Program-made: the position numbers and the translations under genes | The notes under the pieces: generated by a model | Told to the model about the DNA's origin: nothing | Database searches by the model: none | The model's input: only the letters and a program-made list of their open reading frames with translations | Part shown: positions 39,693-49,708 of the stretch, piece after piece | Position numbering within the stretch: position 1 is the first letter of the stretch | Layout: every line of letters starts with the position of its first letter | NCBI GenBank assembly: GCA_943787795.1 | Contig: CALSNU010000006.1 | Coordinates: 320,001 to 384,000 of the forward strand | Source of the DNA: an uncultured bacterium | Lineage (GTDB): Bacteria > Planctomycetota > UBA1135 > GCA-002686595 | DNA: 64,000 nucleotides | Reading direction: 5' to 3'

Positions 39693-41156
39693 TCAGTCGA
39701 CGGGGAGCTCGTCGAGGCGGGCCGACATCCCGTAAGAGGTCGTCTCGTCCACGGTGGCGTGAACGTGCGTCCCGACCAGGGCGCTGGCCCCCTTGAAGGA
39801 GACCGGCATCCCCCAGGGGGTCTTACCCAGGAGCATGCGCTCGTCTCGCTCGGAGGTGGACTCAACGAACACGGGCACCGACTGGCCAACGTAGCGCTGC
39901 AGGCGGAGCCGCTGCGTCCGCTCTGAGATGCGCAGCAAGCGCTGGTTCCGCTCCTTCTTCACGGCCTCGGCGATGTCGTCGACGAGTCGCTCATCCGCGC
40001 GCGTCGAGGGGCGCGGGTCGTACTTGAAGACGTAGTTGACGAGGAAGCCCTGCTCCTCGAGGAAGCGCTCGGAGCCCTCGAAGTCCTCGTCCGTCTCACC
40101 GCAGAAGCCGACGATCCAGTCGCTCCCGAGCTCGATGTCCGGGACGATCTCCCGCAGGAGATCGGCGCGGCGCCGGTACAGGTCCAGCGTATACCCGCGC
40201 TTCATGCGCTTGAGGACCTCGTCCGACCCCGCCTGCGCGGGGAGGGGCAGGAAGCGCTCGACCTTGTCGTAGTCGCGGATGGCCTCGGCGAAGGGTCGGG
40301 TCACGTAGCTCGGGTGGAGGGTGATGAGCCGGATGCGCTCCAGCCCCTCGACGCCCTGTAGCCGCTCGAGCAGGTCCGCGAGGCTCGGCCGGCCCTGGCG
40401 GCCACGCATCGCAGGGGCTCCGGGGTCCGGCCGCCCCATGTCCTCGCCGTAGCTGTTGATCGTCTGCCCCAGAAGGGTCAGCACCTGGACCCCCTGACTC
40501 GCGTACCACTCGGCCTCGCGGACCAGCTCGTCGATGGGCCTGGAGCGCACGCGCCCTCGCGTCGTCGGCACGATGCAGTAGGTGCAGTTGAGGTCGCAGC
40601 CCCGCATGACCGCGAGGTAGGCGTGACGCCCGCCGGCATACTCCTCACCGGCGCGGTCCACGACCACGTCCTCGGACATGTCGGTGGCGAGCAGCTGGCG
40701 CTCCCGGCGGGCGAACCGGTCCGGCGCCTGGCGGCGCTCCTGGAGCTCCTGGACCATCTTCGGCAGCAGGTGAAACTGGCGCGTCCCCGCCACGAGATCC
40801 ACGTGGCCCGCCCGCTTGAAGACCTCCTCCTCGACGCGCTGGGCCATGCAGCCCATGACGCCCACGACGAGGTCAGGGCGCTGCTCCTTGGCGCGCTTGA
40901 GCTCGCCCACCCAGGACCACGTCCGCTCCTCGGCGTGATCGCGGACCGAGCAGGTGTTGAAGAGCACAACGTCCGCCTCCTCCATCTCCCCGGTGGTCTG
41001 GTAGCCCTCCTTGAGGAAGCGGCCCTCCACCAGCTCCGAGTCGTACTTGTTCATCTGGCACCCGAAGGTGACGACGTGGAGCTTGGGGGCCTCCGGATCA
41101 GCCCCGTCGGGGCCATCCTCGGCGCTGGGTCGTGACTGGTGGCGGGTGATGGACAT
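39693..41156 (-). CDS. miaB: tRNA methylthiotransferase MiaB
   Basis: TFGCQMN, NTCSVR, GCMAQ, CxxxCxxC (GCDLNCTYCIVP), TRAM domain. Confidence 0.95.
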   Translation of the reverse strand: MSITRHQSRPSAEDGPDGADPEAPKLHVVTFGCQMNKYDSELVEGRFLKEGYQTTGEMEEADVVLFNTCSVRDHAEERTWSWVGELKRAKEQRPDLVVGVMGCMAQRVEEEVFKRAGHVDLVAGTRQFHLLPKMVQELQERRQAPDRFARRERQLLATDMSEDVVVDRAGEEYAGGRHAYLAVMRGCDLNCTYCIVPTTRGRVRSRPIDELVREAEWYASQGVQVLTLLGQTINSYGEDMGRPDPGAPAMRGRQGRPSLADLLERLQGVEGLERIRLITLHPSYVTRPFAEAIRDYDKVERFLPLPAQAGSDEVLKRMKRGYTLDLYRRRADLLREIVPDIELGSDWIVGFCGETDEDFEGSERFLEEQGFLVNYVFKYDPRPSTRADERLVDDIAEAVKKERNQRLLRISERTQRLRLQRYVGQSVPVFVESTSERDERMLLGKTPWGMPVSFKGASALVGTHVHATVDETTSYGMSARLDELPVD

Positions 41157-41436
41157 GGTCGGCGGGAATGATGCCAGCAACGGCGCCCGAGCGCATGCTC
41201 CCAGGCCCCATCGCCGCCAAGGAGAGGTCGCCTCGGGGGTGACCTGATCCGGAGACAGCTGTCCCATCAAGGGGACCGCTGTCTGGCTGACCCCGTCTGA
41301 CCGCACGCCGTGTGCCCCAGTGGGTGCCCCCGTGGGAGTCCTAGAGGGAGCCCCCCGGGGCCCTGGCACGGCCCTTGCCTCGGGAGGTGAGTCCGGCGCC
41401 ACGGCGCCAAGGCCCCACCCTCCTGGAGGTGACCCC

Positions 41437-42045
41437 ATGCAACAACCCCTGCCCCTGCTCCGCCTGATGCCGATCGGGCTCGCTCTCGCTCTGGCCCCCG
41501 CCTGCGACAACGTCCACGTCGGGCACACGCTCCCCGGCCCCGACTCTTTCGTGGAGCTGGAGCCGAACGACACGCCGGGCCTCGCGGATTTCGTCGCGAT
41601 CACGGATTCGGCCACCTTCCTCACCGTCGAAGGTCACGTCCAGGCCATCGGCTTCGACGTCGTGGACCACATCGAGTTCGAGGCCTGTGAACCCATGGAG
41701 CTTCGCTTCTACCTGGAGGCTCACGCGCCGTTCGGAGACGTCGACGTCTCGATCTACGACCCCATCGATCAGGTCATCCTCGGCACTTATGCCTCAGGAG
41801 GGCCCACCGAGGTTGGGACGCTCCTGATCCACGAGCCCGGCCGTCCCTTCCAGTTTGTGATCGATGCGTTCATCGAGGACACCTCCTGGTGCCTGCAGCT
41901 GGAGGGGTTCCCTGCCCTCCTCGGCGCCAGCGCTCCGTCCACGCTGAAGCGGGCTCCGAGGGTCCTGAGCAGTACCGCCCCCGAAGCGGAGCCCAGGCGG
42001 CCCCCGATCGAGACGGATGCGCCGCCCCTGGAGCTCGAGATGTGA
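41437..42045 (+). CDS. putative lipoprotein with ExEPND (PPC-like) motif
   Basis: GGAGGT RBS, lipobox-like LAPAC, VELEPNDT. Confidence 0.65.
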   Translation: MQQPLPLLRLMPIGLALALAPACDNVHVGHTLPGPDSFVELEPNDTPGLADFVAITDSATFLTVEGHVQAIGFDVVDHIEFEACEPMELRFYLEAHAPFGDVDVSIYDPIDQVILGTYASGGPTEVGTLLIHEPGRPFQFVIDAFIEDTSWCLQLEGFPALLGASAPSTLKRAPRVLSSTAPEAEPRRPPIETDAPPLELEM

Positions 42046-42286
42046 CCCCCAGATCATCGCCGCGGCGACCTCCAGGCTCCCCCAAGCGGCAGGCTCGCCG
42101 GTCGACCCGGCGGTAGGCACGGGCTCAACATGAGGCCCCAACGCTGCCCCACTTCGATAACGAGACCGCACCACGGCGCCCCGCCCTTGCTGCCAGCGCA
42201 GCAAGGGCGGGGCGCGCCCGTCCTGTTACGGAGCACGCGCCGAATTGGCTACGACCGCCCCCCAGAGGAGCGGGGTACTTTTTGGG

Positions 42287-43436
42287 GTGAAGACCGCACC
42301 CCTCACCAAACACCTCGCCTTCCCGGCCGCCGGCGTCGCCGGCGTCCTCCTCCTCTCCTGCATGGCAGCGCCGCCCTCGTCGGTGCTCGCGTTCGACGGC
42401 GGCCGCGTCCTCGCGGCTGACCCCACCGAGGCAGAACAGGTGGAGCTTCTCCTCGCGAAACTCCAACCCGAGCTCCTCGGGTTGCTCCCCGATACCGCCT
42501 TCGAGGACCTCGACGTCTGGATCCAGGACACCCCGAGCCTCTACAGCAACCCGACCGAGGCCAGCACCGACGCCGAAGGCCTGTGGTCCCCCACGCACCA
42601 GCGCATCATGCTCTCGCGTCACGCGGACCACATCGAGCGAACCCTCGCTCACGAGCTCACCCACGCCGCCCTCGGCGAGAGCTGGGGCCTCCTGCCCGGC
42701 TCGATGGAGGAGGGCCTCGCAGATCACGTCTCCGGCTCCCTCTGCGAGAGCGGCGCCTCTCGGCTCCGCGCGGGCCGCCTGTCCAGCGCCTGCCTCGCCA
42801 CCGGCGGCGTCTCGATCCAGGTGGATGTGATGCCCCGCACCCACGTGGCCAGCACCGGCGAAGGCCTCCACCGGCGAAGCCCGCACCGGGTGGTCCGCCT
42901 CCATCCGCCTCAAGGGCGAGGCCGAGGGCACCGACCCCATGGACGTCTTCCGCCTCGCCGCGGGGCTGTCCTCGACCCGTCTCGAGAGTGGCGCGAAGCG
43001 CGGCTTCTACGGCCTCGCCTACCTCGCCGTCTCTCGCATCGTCGACCGTGACGGCTACAGCGGGCTGCAGGCGCTCTGCCTCGAGGCCACCGAGCAAGGC
43101 CTCTCCAGGGTGCCCTCCTCCTGGATCCTTGACGCCGCCGACCTGGACGCTGAGGCCGCGAGCTGGCGCCGCGCCGCCGCCGACGCCATGGGCGAGGCGG
43201 AGCTCCTTGAGCTCGTGCGCATGTACCCGAGCTTCATCTCGGACTCGATCGAGGGCTACCTCTCCTCCACAGGCGCCTCCCTCGACGTGATCCCCGAGCT
43301 GGAGGTCGAGATCTCCCTCCGTGAGGGCACCGCCCAGGTGCGCCTCAGCCAGCTCCCTGTGCTCCGGGAGCAGCTCGTGGCCGACATCACCCGGCGGCAC
43401 GTGGACACGCTCCGACTTGCCTCAGCCCATCGCTGA
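42287..43436 (+). CDS. putative zinc metallopeptidase-like lipoprotein (HExxH) split by one extra base near 42863
   Basis: LLSC lipobox-like, LAHELTH..MEEGLA; removing one G gives STGEASTGEARTGWSASIRL and joins the 42939-43436 ORF. Confidence 0.65.
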
Positions 43437-44312
43437 TTCGTAGCGCCGCAGGCCCCGCCGGAACACGCGGGTCACGAGCACAGCGAAGGCGATGAGGACC
43501 AGCGGGTAGCCGAGGGCGAAGCCCGGATCCAGCCGCCCAAGGACCAGTGAAGCGGGGTACCACGCCATCCCCGCCACCGGCAAGACGAACATCAGGACGC
43601 GCCCCACTGCGCCGGGATACACCTCCAGCGGCCGCTCGCCGAAGCTCGTGACCAGCATGGACACCAGGTGCCCCACGTCCGAGTTCAGCAGCCAGAACTC
43701 CACGACGTTGTAGGAGAGCATCAGGAACACCTGGGACCATGCGATGACGACCGCGGCGCACGGCAGCGCCCAGAGCAGCGTGAGCGGCTCGACGAGCTCC
43801 GGCGCCACGCCGGCGAGCGCGAAGGCCAGCCAGCCGCACCCGAAGAGGAGGTTCGTCAGCCCCTCCGGGCTGAAGCGCTGGAAGAAGTACAGGAACGCGG
43901 TGGGGCCCGGTCGGACCCGGATCGAGTCCAGGTTGCCGTTCTTCAGGTCCTGACCGAAGTGCCACTGCTGGCCCAGGAAGGTCATGAAGAGCCCGTCCGC
44001 CACGAACACCATGCCCATGTAGACGCGCATCTCCTCGTGGGTCCAGCCGCCCAGCGTCAGCGCCTCCGTGCCCCCGAGCCCGTAGAGGATCTCGAACGTC
44101 AGGATGAAGGCCGCGTAGAAGCACAGGTCCATCAGCACCTGGTTGATGAACTCCACCCGGAACTGACTCTTGCGAACGAAGCCGATTCGCACGTACTGGC
44201 GCTCCACGGCGAGTCCCCAGCGGAGCGCCGACGCGATCCCCCGCGGGGACTGCCCTCGCTGGACGCCGGGCTCCTGGGGCCCGCTCGGCCCTCCTGAATC
44301 GAGCGTGCTCAC
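43422..44312 (-). CDS. ABC-2-type transporter permease
   Basis: LGGWT, GNLDSIRVRP, RPLEVYP, RGLRRYES; GTGA overlap with upstream permease. Confidence 0.85.
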   Translation of the reverse strand: MSTLDSGGPSGPQEPGVQRGQSPRGIASALRWGLAVERQYVRIGFVRKSQFRVEFINQVLMDLCFYAAFILTFEILYGLGGTEALTLGGWTHEEMRVYMGMVFVADGLFMTFLGQQWHFGQDLKNGNLDSIRVRPGPTAFLYFFQRFSPEGLTNLLFGCGWLAFALAGVAPELVEPLTLLWALPCAAVVIAWSQVFLMLSYNVVEFWLLNSDVGHLVSMLVTSFGERPLEVYPGAVGRVLMFVLPVAGMAWYPASLVLGRLDPGFALGYPLVLIAFAVLVTRVFRRGLRRYESAMG

Positions 44313-45251
44313 ATCCCCGCTCCCACGTACCGGGCGAGCCCACGACGCCACACCCACCGTCTGAGGACCTCAAGGGCCACCAGCTGCACCGCCACCAGCG
44401 CCGCTCCGAAGAGAAAGTCCTCCGTCCCCAACCGCCCCATGAGGAGCTCGATGGGCGCGGTGATCATCCAGTAAGGGAACCCGAAGGACAGGACCCCGTA
44501 GAAGGCCGGCGGGCATCTGCGAGACGGGCACGAGCGCGCCCCCCGTGAAGCCGATCACGAACCAGGCCATCACGAGCAGGCTCCAGACCACGTCGAGCCA
44601 GAAGGCCATCGCGTTCAGGGTGAAGAAGATGAGGAAGCAGCAGTAGCTCCCCATCAGCACGAGCGTTCCCGCCTGGAGGGTCGCCGCGGCGCTCACCGGG
44701 ACCAGCCAGTGGTTGGGAGCCGCCGCGTAGCCGATGAGCCAGACAAGCCCTGCGACCACCACCTGCATGAGCGTGAACTGCAGAAAGCGCCCCTGGTGCA
44801 GCACAAAGAACCGAAAGGGCAATGACCAGGTACTTCGTCACGCGCCCCTCGAAGATCTCGGTGGCCAGGTCGAGCGCCCGGCTGTGGAAGATGAGCTTGC
44901 GCACCACCACGAGGCCCGCCACGTACTGGATGATCTCGGGGTAGGTCCATCCGCCCAGCGCCACGGCAGCCGCCCCCGGGTCCGACCCTGGGTCCGACCC
45001 CACCTCCGAGCCGGCCCCCGGGCCTGCCCCGGGCCTGCCCCCGGGCCTGCCCCCGGGCCTGCCCCCGGGCCCGCGATGGCCGCCGCGCTCCCGTAGAGCG
45101 CGGTGTAGACGAAGAGCATCACGAGCGGCTCGACGGTGCCGTTGAGCACCTCGCGCACGAAGAAGCCCGCGCGGAACTGGATGCGCTTGCGGAACTCGTA
45201 GGCCACCGCACGCAGCAGGAGTGCGGGGGCACGCAGCGCCGCGGAGGTCAC
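44309..45251 (-). CDS. ABC-2-type transporter permease with three apparent single-base frameshifts (about 45028, 44822, 44512)
   Basis: Fragments join into one protein: QFRAGFF..., LGGWTYPEIIQY, IFEGRVTKYL, AFWLDVVW, FPYWMITAPIELLMG, WRRGLARYVGAGM stop. Confidence 0.7.
44970..45072 (-). repeat. 12-bp repeat (GPGA, GSDP) in permease loop
   Basis: gggcctgccccc units on + strand; one unit has four C instead of five. Confidence 0.8.
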
Positions 45252-46311
45252 CGCTCGCCGCCCTCGGCGGCCTTGATGCCGCGCCGATAGATCTCCCGAA
45301 TCAGGCGCTCCAGCGGCTGCCGTTCCACCGAGAGGTCCTTCACCTCGAGCAGCGAGAAGAGCCTCGGCACGAGCTCGGCGAGGCGCTCTGCAGAGACGAT
45401 GACCGTCAGCGCCCCGGCGCTGCGCCCGGCGAGCTCGGCTCCGTGCAGGGAGAGCTCTGCGACGAGGGACTCCTCGTCGATCCGGGCGTTCGGGTGGACG
45501 TGGACCTCCACCGCCCGCTTCCCCGTCACCCGCTGGGAGAGATCGGTCAGGCCCCCGTCGAACGCCACTGCCCCCTGGTCGAGGACCACGATCCGGCGGC
45601 ATGTCTCCTCGATGTCTCGAGGTCGTGGCTGGTGAGCACGAAGGTCACAGAACGCTGCCGGGAGAGGCCCACGAGGAACCGGCGGATCGTCTCCCGAGAG
45701 ATCAGGTCCAGGCCGATGGTGGGCTCATCCAGGAAGACGACCTCCGGCGAGTGCAGGAAGGCGCCGATGATCTCCATCTTCATGCGCTGCCCCAGGGACA
45801 GCTGGCGGAGCTGGATCTTGAGCCGGTCCTCCACGTCGAGCATCGAGGCGAAGCGCGCCAGGCGTTCGGCGAAGTCGGCGTCGGAGACCCCGTAGATCTC
45901 CTTGAGCAGGCGGAAGGAGTCGATCGGAGGGAGGTCCCACCACAGCTGGCTCTTCTGCCCCATCACGAGGGCCAGGCGCCGCTTCTCGGCGTCCCTCAGG
46001 TCAAAGGAGTCTCGCCCCAGCAGCCTCGCTTCCCCGGAGGACGCGGGCACGATCCCGGCGAGGATCTTGACCAGCGTCGTCTTCCCCGCGCCGTTCGCCC
46101 CGATCAAGCCAACGCTCTCGCCCCGCTCGACGCGCAGATCAACGCCGTCGAGGGCCGCGATGTCCACGTGCTCACGGGCGACAAAGTTCTTGAGGATCCC
46201 GCGCAGCCCGGGCACTCGTTCGAAGGTCCGGAACACCTTCCGGACTCCGCGCGCTTCCAGCACCGGGCCGTCGGCGGCGCGATGAGGCGTTGAACCCGAC
46301 AGACCGCTCAC
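45248..46311 (-). CDS. ABC transporter ATP-binding protein with one apparent frameshift near 45615
   Basis: GANGAGKTT, LSLGQRM, FLDEPTIGLD, SHD; continues as DIEETCRRIVVLDQG after adding one base. Confidence 0.85.
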
Positions 46312-46761
46312 ACGGGACAGGGTCCAATCCGCGTGGCAGTTCGGCGTCTCGAAGACGCGCAGGCCCACCAGCCGCACCCCGCGCCCTGCGGCGTCGGGGA
46401 GCTGGTCGAACTCCTCCTGGAACCGGGACGCCAGCCAGCCGCAGAGGTTCTCGACGGTCGTCGGGAAGTTCACCTCGCAGCGCTTGTCCCCCTGCGAATC
46501 GAGGAAGTCGCGGAGCGCCGCGTCCCCCTTGTCCACGATGCATGCGTGGTCCAGGTGACCATCCACGAAGCCCTTCATGGCCTTGAAGGCATCCCCGAAG
46601 TCCAGGACCATGCCCAGCTCGTCCGTCGTCTCTGCGCTCAGCGTGGCGATGGCGACGTAGCGGTGGCCGTGCAGGTTCTTGCACTTGGTGGTACAGCGCG
46701 GGCCGAGCCGGTGCGCCATGTCCCACTCAATCCGCCTGGAGATGGTGACCGTGCCGTTCAT
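46308..46761 (-). CDS. queD: 6-carboxytetrahydropterin synthase QueD (as sequenced, in frame with the ABC ATPase)
   Basis: MAHRL, CKNLHGH, GMVLDF, LDH, TTVEN, VFETP. Confidence 0.85.
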
Positions 46762-46824
46762 GGGGAGGAGCTTATAGCCTCGCGCCGCGCAGGTAGGGCT
46801 CCCTCCCGGTATCATCCGCGAGTC

Positions 46825-47856
46825 ATGCTCCACGCCTCTCCCCTGGACACCGAGCGCCCCGCTGCCGGGCGCTCCTCCGGCGCCGCGCCGGACCTCGTCA
46901 AGATCCGCAACCTCCGGGCATGGTCCCTCATCGGGGTCCACCCCCACGAGCGCCTTCAGCCGCAGGAGATCAGGATCGACGTCTGGCTTGAGACAGACCA
47001 CCGGGCAGCCGCGGCCTCCGACAATATCGTGGACGCGCTGGACTACTCAGCGGTGGCCCAGGCCTTCAGGGACCACGCGGGCGAATCGACGCACCAGCTC
47101 ATCGAGACCCTCGGCGAGGACCTCGCCCGTATCGCCCTGGACCGGTTCGGAGCGCGAGCGGTCCGCGTCTCGGTCGAGAAGTCGGGCGCGATCCCCGGCG
47201 CGGACGCCGTGGGCATCGAGATCGAGCGCCGTCGGTCCAGCACATCCGAGCACGGCACCGACCGGATCTGGCGCCACCCCCAATCGCGGCAGATGAGCGG
47301 CTCCGGCGCCACACGCTCCCCGCAAGGCCGGCGCTTTCCGAGGGGCCGGGACACGAGCCCCGAAGCGCGTCTCGTGGTCGTCGGCCTGGGCTCGAACGTC
47401 GACGGCCCCGCCAAGATCGACGAGGCGATCACCGAGATCTCCTTCCTGTACGACTTGCTCGCCCGGTCCACGCGCTACGTCAGCCCTGCCGTCACGGCCG
47501 ACGACGAGCGCGACGAGGCTGGGATCGGGGAGGGTGCGTCCAGGGAGGTCGAGAATTACTCCAACGCAGCCGTCCTGATTCGCACCGCCGAGGATCACGA
47601 CGCCATCAAGGCCGCCCTCGGTGAGATCGAAGCACAGCTCGGTCGGGACCGCTCCACGCCCGCCTCGGTGGCCATCGACCTGGACATCCTCCTGATCCAG
47701 GACGAGGTCATCCGCGTCGGCTCACGCGTCCTCGTGCCCCACCCCGACCTTGAGACTCGACGCTACGCCGCGATCCCGAGCGCGGAGGTCGCGCCCTTCC
47801 TCCGACACTCGGTCACGGAAGTGCCCCTCTCCGACCTCGCCGCGGCGCTGGCCTGA
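46825..47856 (+). CDS. folB: FolB-FolK fusion (dihydroneopterin aldolase + HPPK)
   Basis: IGVHPHER, LDY, LIETL, VEK (FolB); GLGSN, IEAQLGR, DLDILL, PHP (FolK). Confidence 0.88.
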   Translation: MLHASPLDTERPAAGRSSGAAPDLVKIRNLRAWSLIGVHPHERLQPQEIRIDVWLETDHRAAAASDNIVDALDYSAVAQAFRDHAGESTHQLIETLGEDLARIALDRFGARAVRVSVEKSGAIPGADAVGIEIERRRSSTSEHGTDRIWRHPQSRQMSGSGATRSPQGRRFPRGRDTSPEARLVVVGLGSNVDGPAKIDEAITEISFLYDLLARSTRYVSPAVTADDERDEAGIGEGASREVENYSNAAVLIRTAEDHDAIKAALGEIEAQLGRDRSTPASVAIDLDILLIQDEVIRVGSRVLVPHPDLETRRYAAIPSAEVAPFLRHSVTEVPLSDLAAALA

Positions 47857-47894
47857 GGTTCAAAGGGCCGGCGAGGGCGGAGCGAGCCGCCGAG

Positions 47895-48635
47895 TCAGAG
47901 CATCCAGCCGCCCGAGACCTCGAGGTTCTGGCCGATCATGTGACCGGCTTCCTCGGAGATCAGCCAGCGGGCGGTGGCGGCGACCTCTGACATCTTCGCT
48001 GGACGCCCCTGGGGGATCTTCGCCTGGAGCTCGGGGGAGAGAGTGTCGGGCGCGGCGCCGTCGTGCGGCACGAAGCCGGGCGAGATCATGTTCGCTCGAA
48101 CGCCGTGGGGCGCCTCCTGCAGGGCCAACCCCCGCATGAACACGAGGAGCGCCGCCTTGGCGCTGATGTAGGCCGTGGTCACCGTGCGTGCCCGCCACCG
48201 CTCGAGCCCCGAGCAGCCGAAGAACACGTAGGCCCCGGCGCTCGCGCGCAGCGCATCACGAGCCGCGTCCACGACGTGCACGGCGGTCATGAGGTTGCCC
48301 TGGAACATGGCCTCGAACATGGCCGGCGTGGTCTCATCCAGCGAGGCCGTGAGGTAGGGGCCCACCGAGTGCACCACCGCATCGAGCCGGCCCTCTGCCT
48401 CGACCACCTCGCCGACGATCCGCGCGGCGTCTTCGGGCACCGCGACGTCCCCGATCCGCACGCCCCCCGGACCGAGCAAGCCCTCGAGCTCGGCCCGCTT
48501 GCCCTCCTGCCGCGAGGTCACGTGCACGCGCCAGCCCTCCGAGTGCAGCAGGCGAGCCACGCCAAGGCCGATGCCCTGGTTCCCGCCGGTGATGAGGGCG
48601 ACCTTTTGCCGCGGCGCTGTCTCCGATTCGCTCAT
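47895..48635 (-). CDS. SDR family oxidoreductase (possibly pteridine reductase-like)
   Basis: TGGNQGIG, YISAK, NMISPG. Confidence 0.85.
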   Translation of the reverse strand: MSESETAPRQKVALITGGNQGIGLGVARLLHSEGWRVHVTSRQEGKRAELEGLLGPGGVRIGDVAVPEDAARIVGEVVEAEGRLDAVVHSVGPYLTASLDETTPAMFEAMFQGNLMTAVHVVDAARDALRASAGAYVFFGCSGLERWRARTVTTAYISAKAALLVFMRGLALQEAPHGVRANMISPGFVPHDGAAPDTLSPELQAKIPQGRPAKMSEVAATARWLISEEAGHMIGQNLEVSGGWML

Positions 48636-48743
48636 GATCCGTGGGTTCATCCCGGGCGCGCCGACGATCCGGAGCGCGTTTGCTGAAGGGGGCGGTCCTT
48701 GACCTAGGATGTGCACAGGGCCGCAAGACGCGGCGACATCCTA

Positions 48744-49682
48744 ATGACCGACCATCCGATCACAGACTTCCACGCGCACTTCTTCGCGCGCCCCTTCTTC
48801 GACGCGCTTGCCCAGCAGAGCCCCCTCCCCGGGACTCCGGAGGAGAAGCTCGCCGCGGCCGCCGCCAAGGCCGGCCTTGAGCTGCCGGAGGGCCCCGTGG
48901 CGGCGCACCGGGACCGGTGGCTGGCAGAGATGGACCGGAACGGCGTCCGGCGCCTGGCCGCCTTCGCCAGCGCTCCCGAGGAGATCCCCGCGGTCGCCGA
49001 GGCTGCCGCGGGTTCGGACGGCCGCCTCGTCCCGATCGCGGTCTGCAATCCGGTCGCCCCCGGAGCCGCAGACCGCCTGCGCCCGCTGCTGGAGCAGAAG
49101 GGGTTCCGCGGCGTGCTCCTCTTTCCCGCGATGCACCACTACCACGTCGCCGACGAGGCGGCGCGGCCCGTGCTCGACCTCCTCGAGGAGCACCGGGCCG
49201 TGGCCTACGTGCACTGCGGGATCCTGGTCGTGAAGCTCCGCGACCTGCTCGGCCTGCCGCGCCCCTACGACCTCAACTACGCGAACCCCCTCGACGTCAT
49301 CCCCGCCGCCAACCGGCACCCGGGCCTGACATTCTGTGTCCCGCACTTCGGGGCCGGCTTCCTGCGGGAGACCCTGATCGCGGGGGCCCAGTGCCCCAAC
49401 GTCATCACCGACACCTCGTCCACCAACAGCTGGACCAAGACCCAGCCGGACTTCCCGTCCCTGACAGACGTGCTGGCACGAGCCCTGGACGTCTTCGGTC
49501 CCGAGCGAGTCGTCTTCGGCACCGACTCGAACGTCTTCCCGGCCGGCTGGCGGCACGAGCGCTACGAGCGCTGGCGCGCCATCGCCCAGGAGCTCGGCCT
49601 GTCCGCCGAGGACCAGCGGTCGCTCTTCTCTGCGAACGCCGAGCGGCTGCTCGCGCCGGCCGCTGCCCACGCGGCCACCTGA
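48744..49682 (+). CDS. amidohydrolase family 2 protein
   Basis: DFHAH, YVHCG, VPHFG, VFGTD. Confidence 0.85.
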   Translation: MTDHPITDFHAHFFARPFFDALAQQSPLPGTPEEKLAAAAAKAGLELPEGPVAAHRDRWLAEMDRNGVRRLAAFASAPEEIPAVAEAAAGSDGRLVPIAVCNPVAPGAADRLRPLLEQKGFRGVLLFPAMHHYHVADEAARPVLDLLEEHRAVAYVHCGILVVKLRDLLGLPRPYDLNYANPLDVIPAANRHPGLTFCVPHFGAGFLRETLIAGAQCPNVITDTSSTNSWTKTQPDFPSLTDVLARALDVFGPERVVFGTDSNVFPAGWRHERYERWRAIAQELGLSAEDQRSLFSANAERLLAPAAAHAAT

Positions 49683-49708
49683 CCCACGGCGCCCGCCGCT
49701 GCGCGCGG

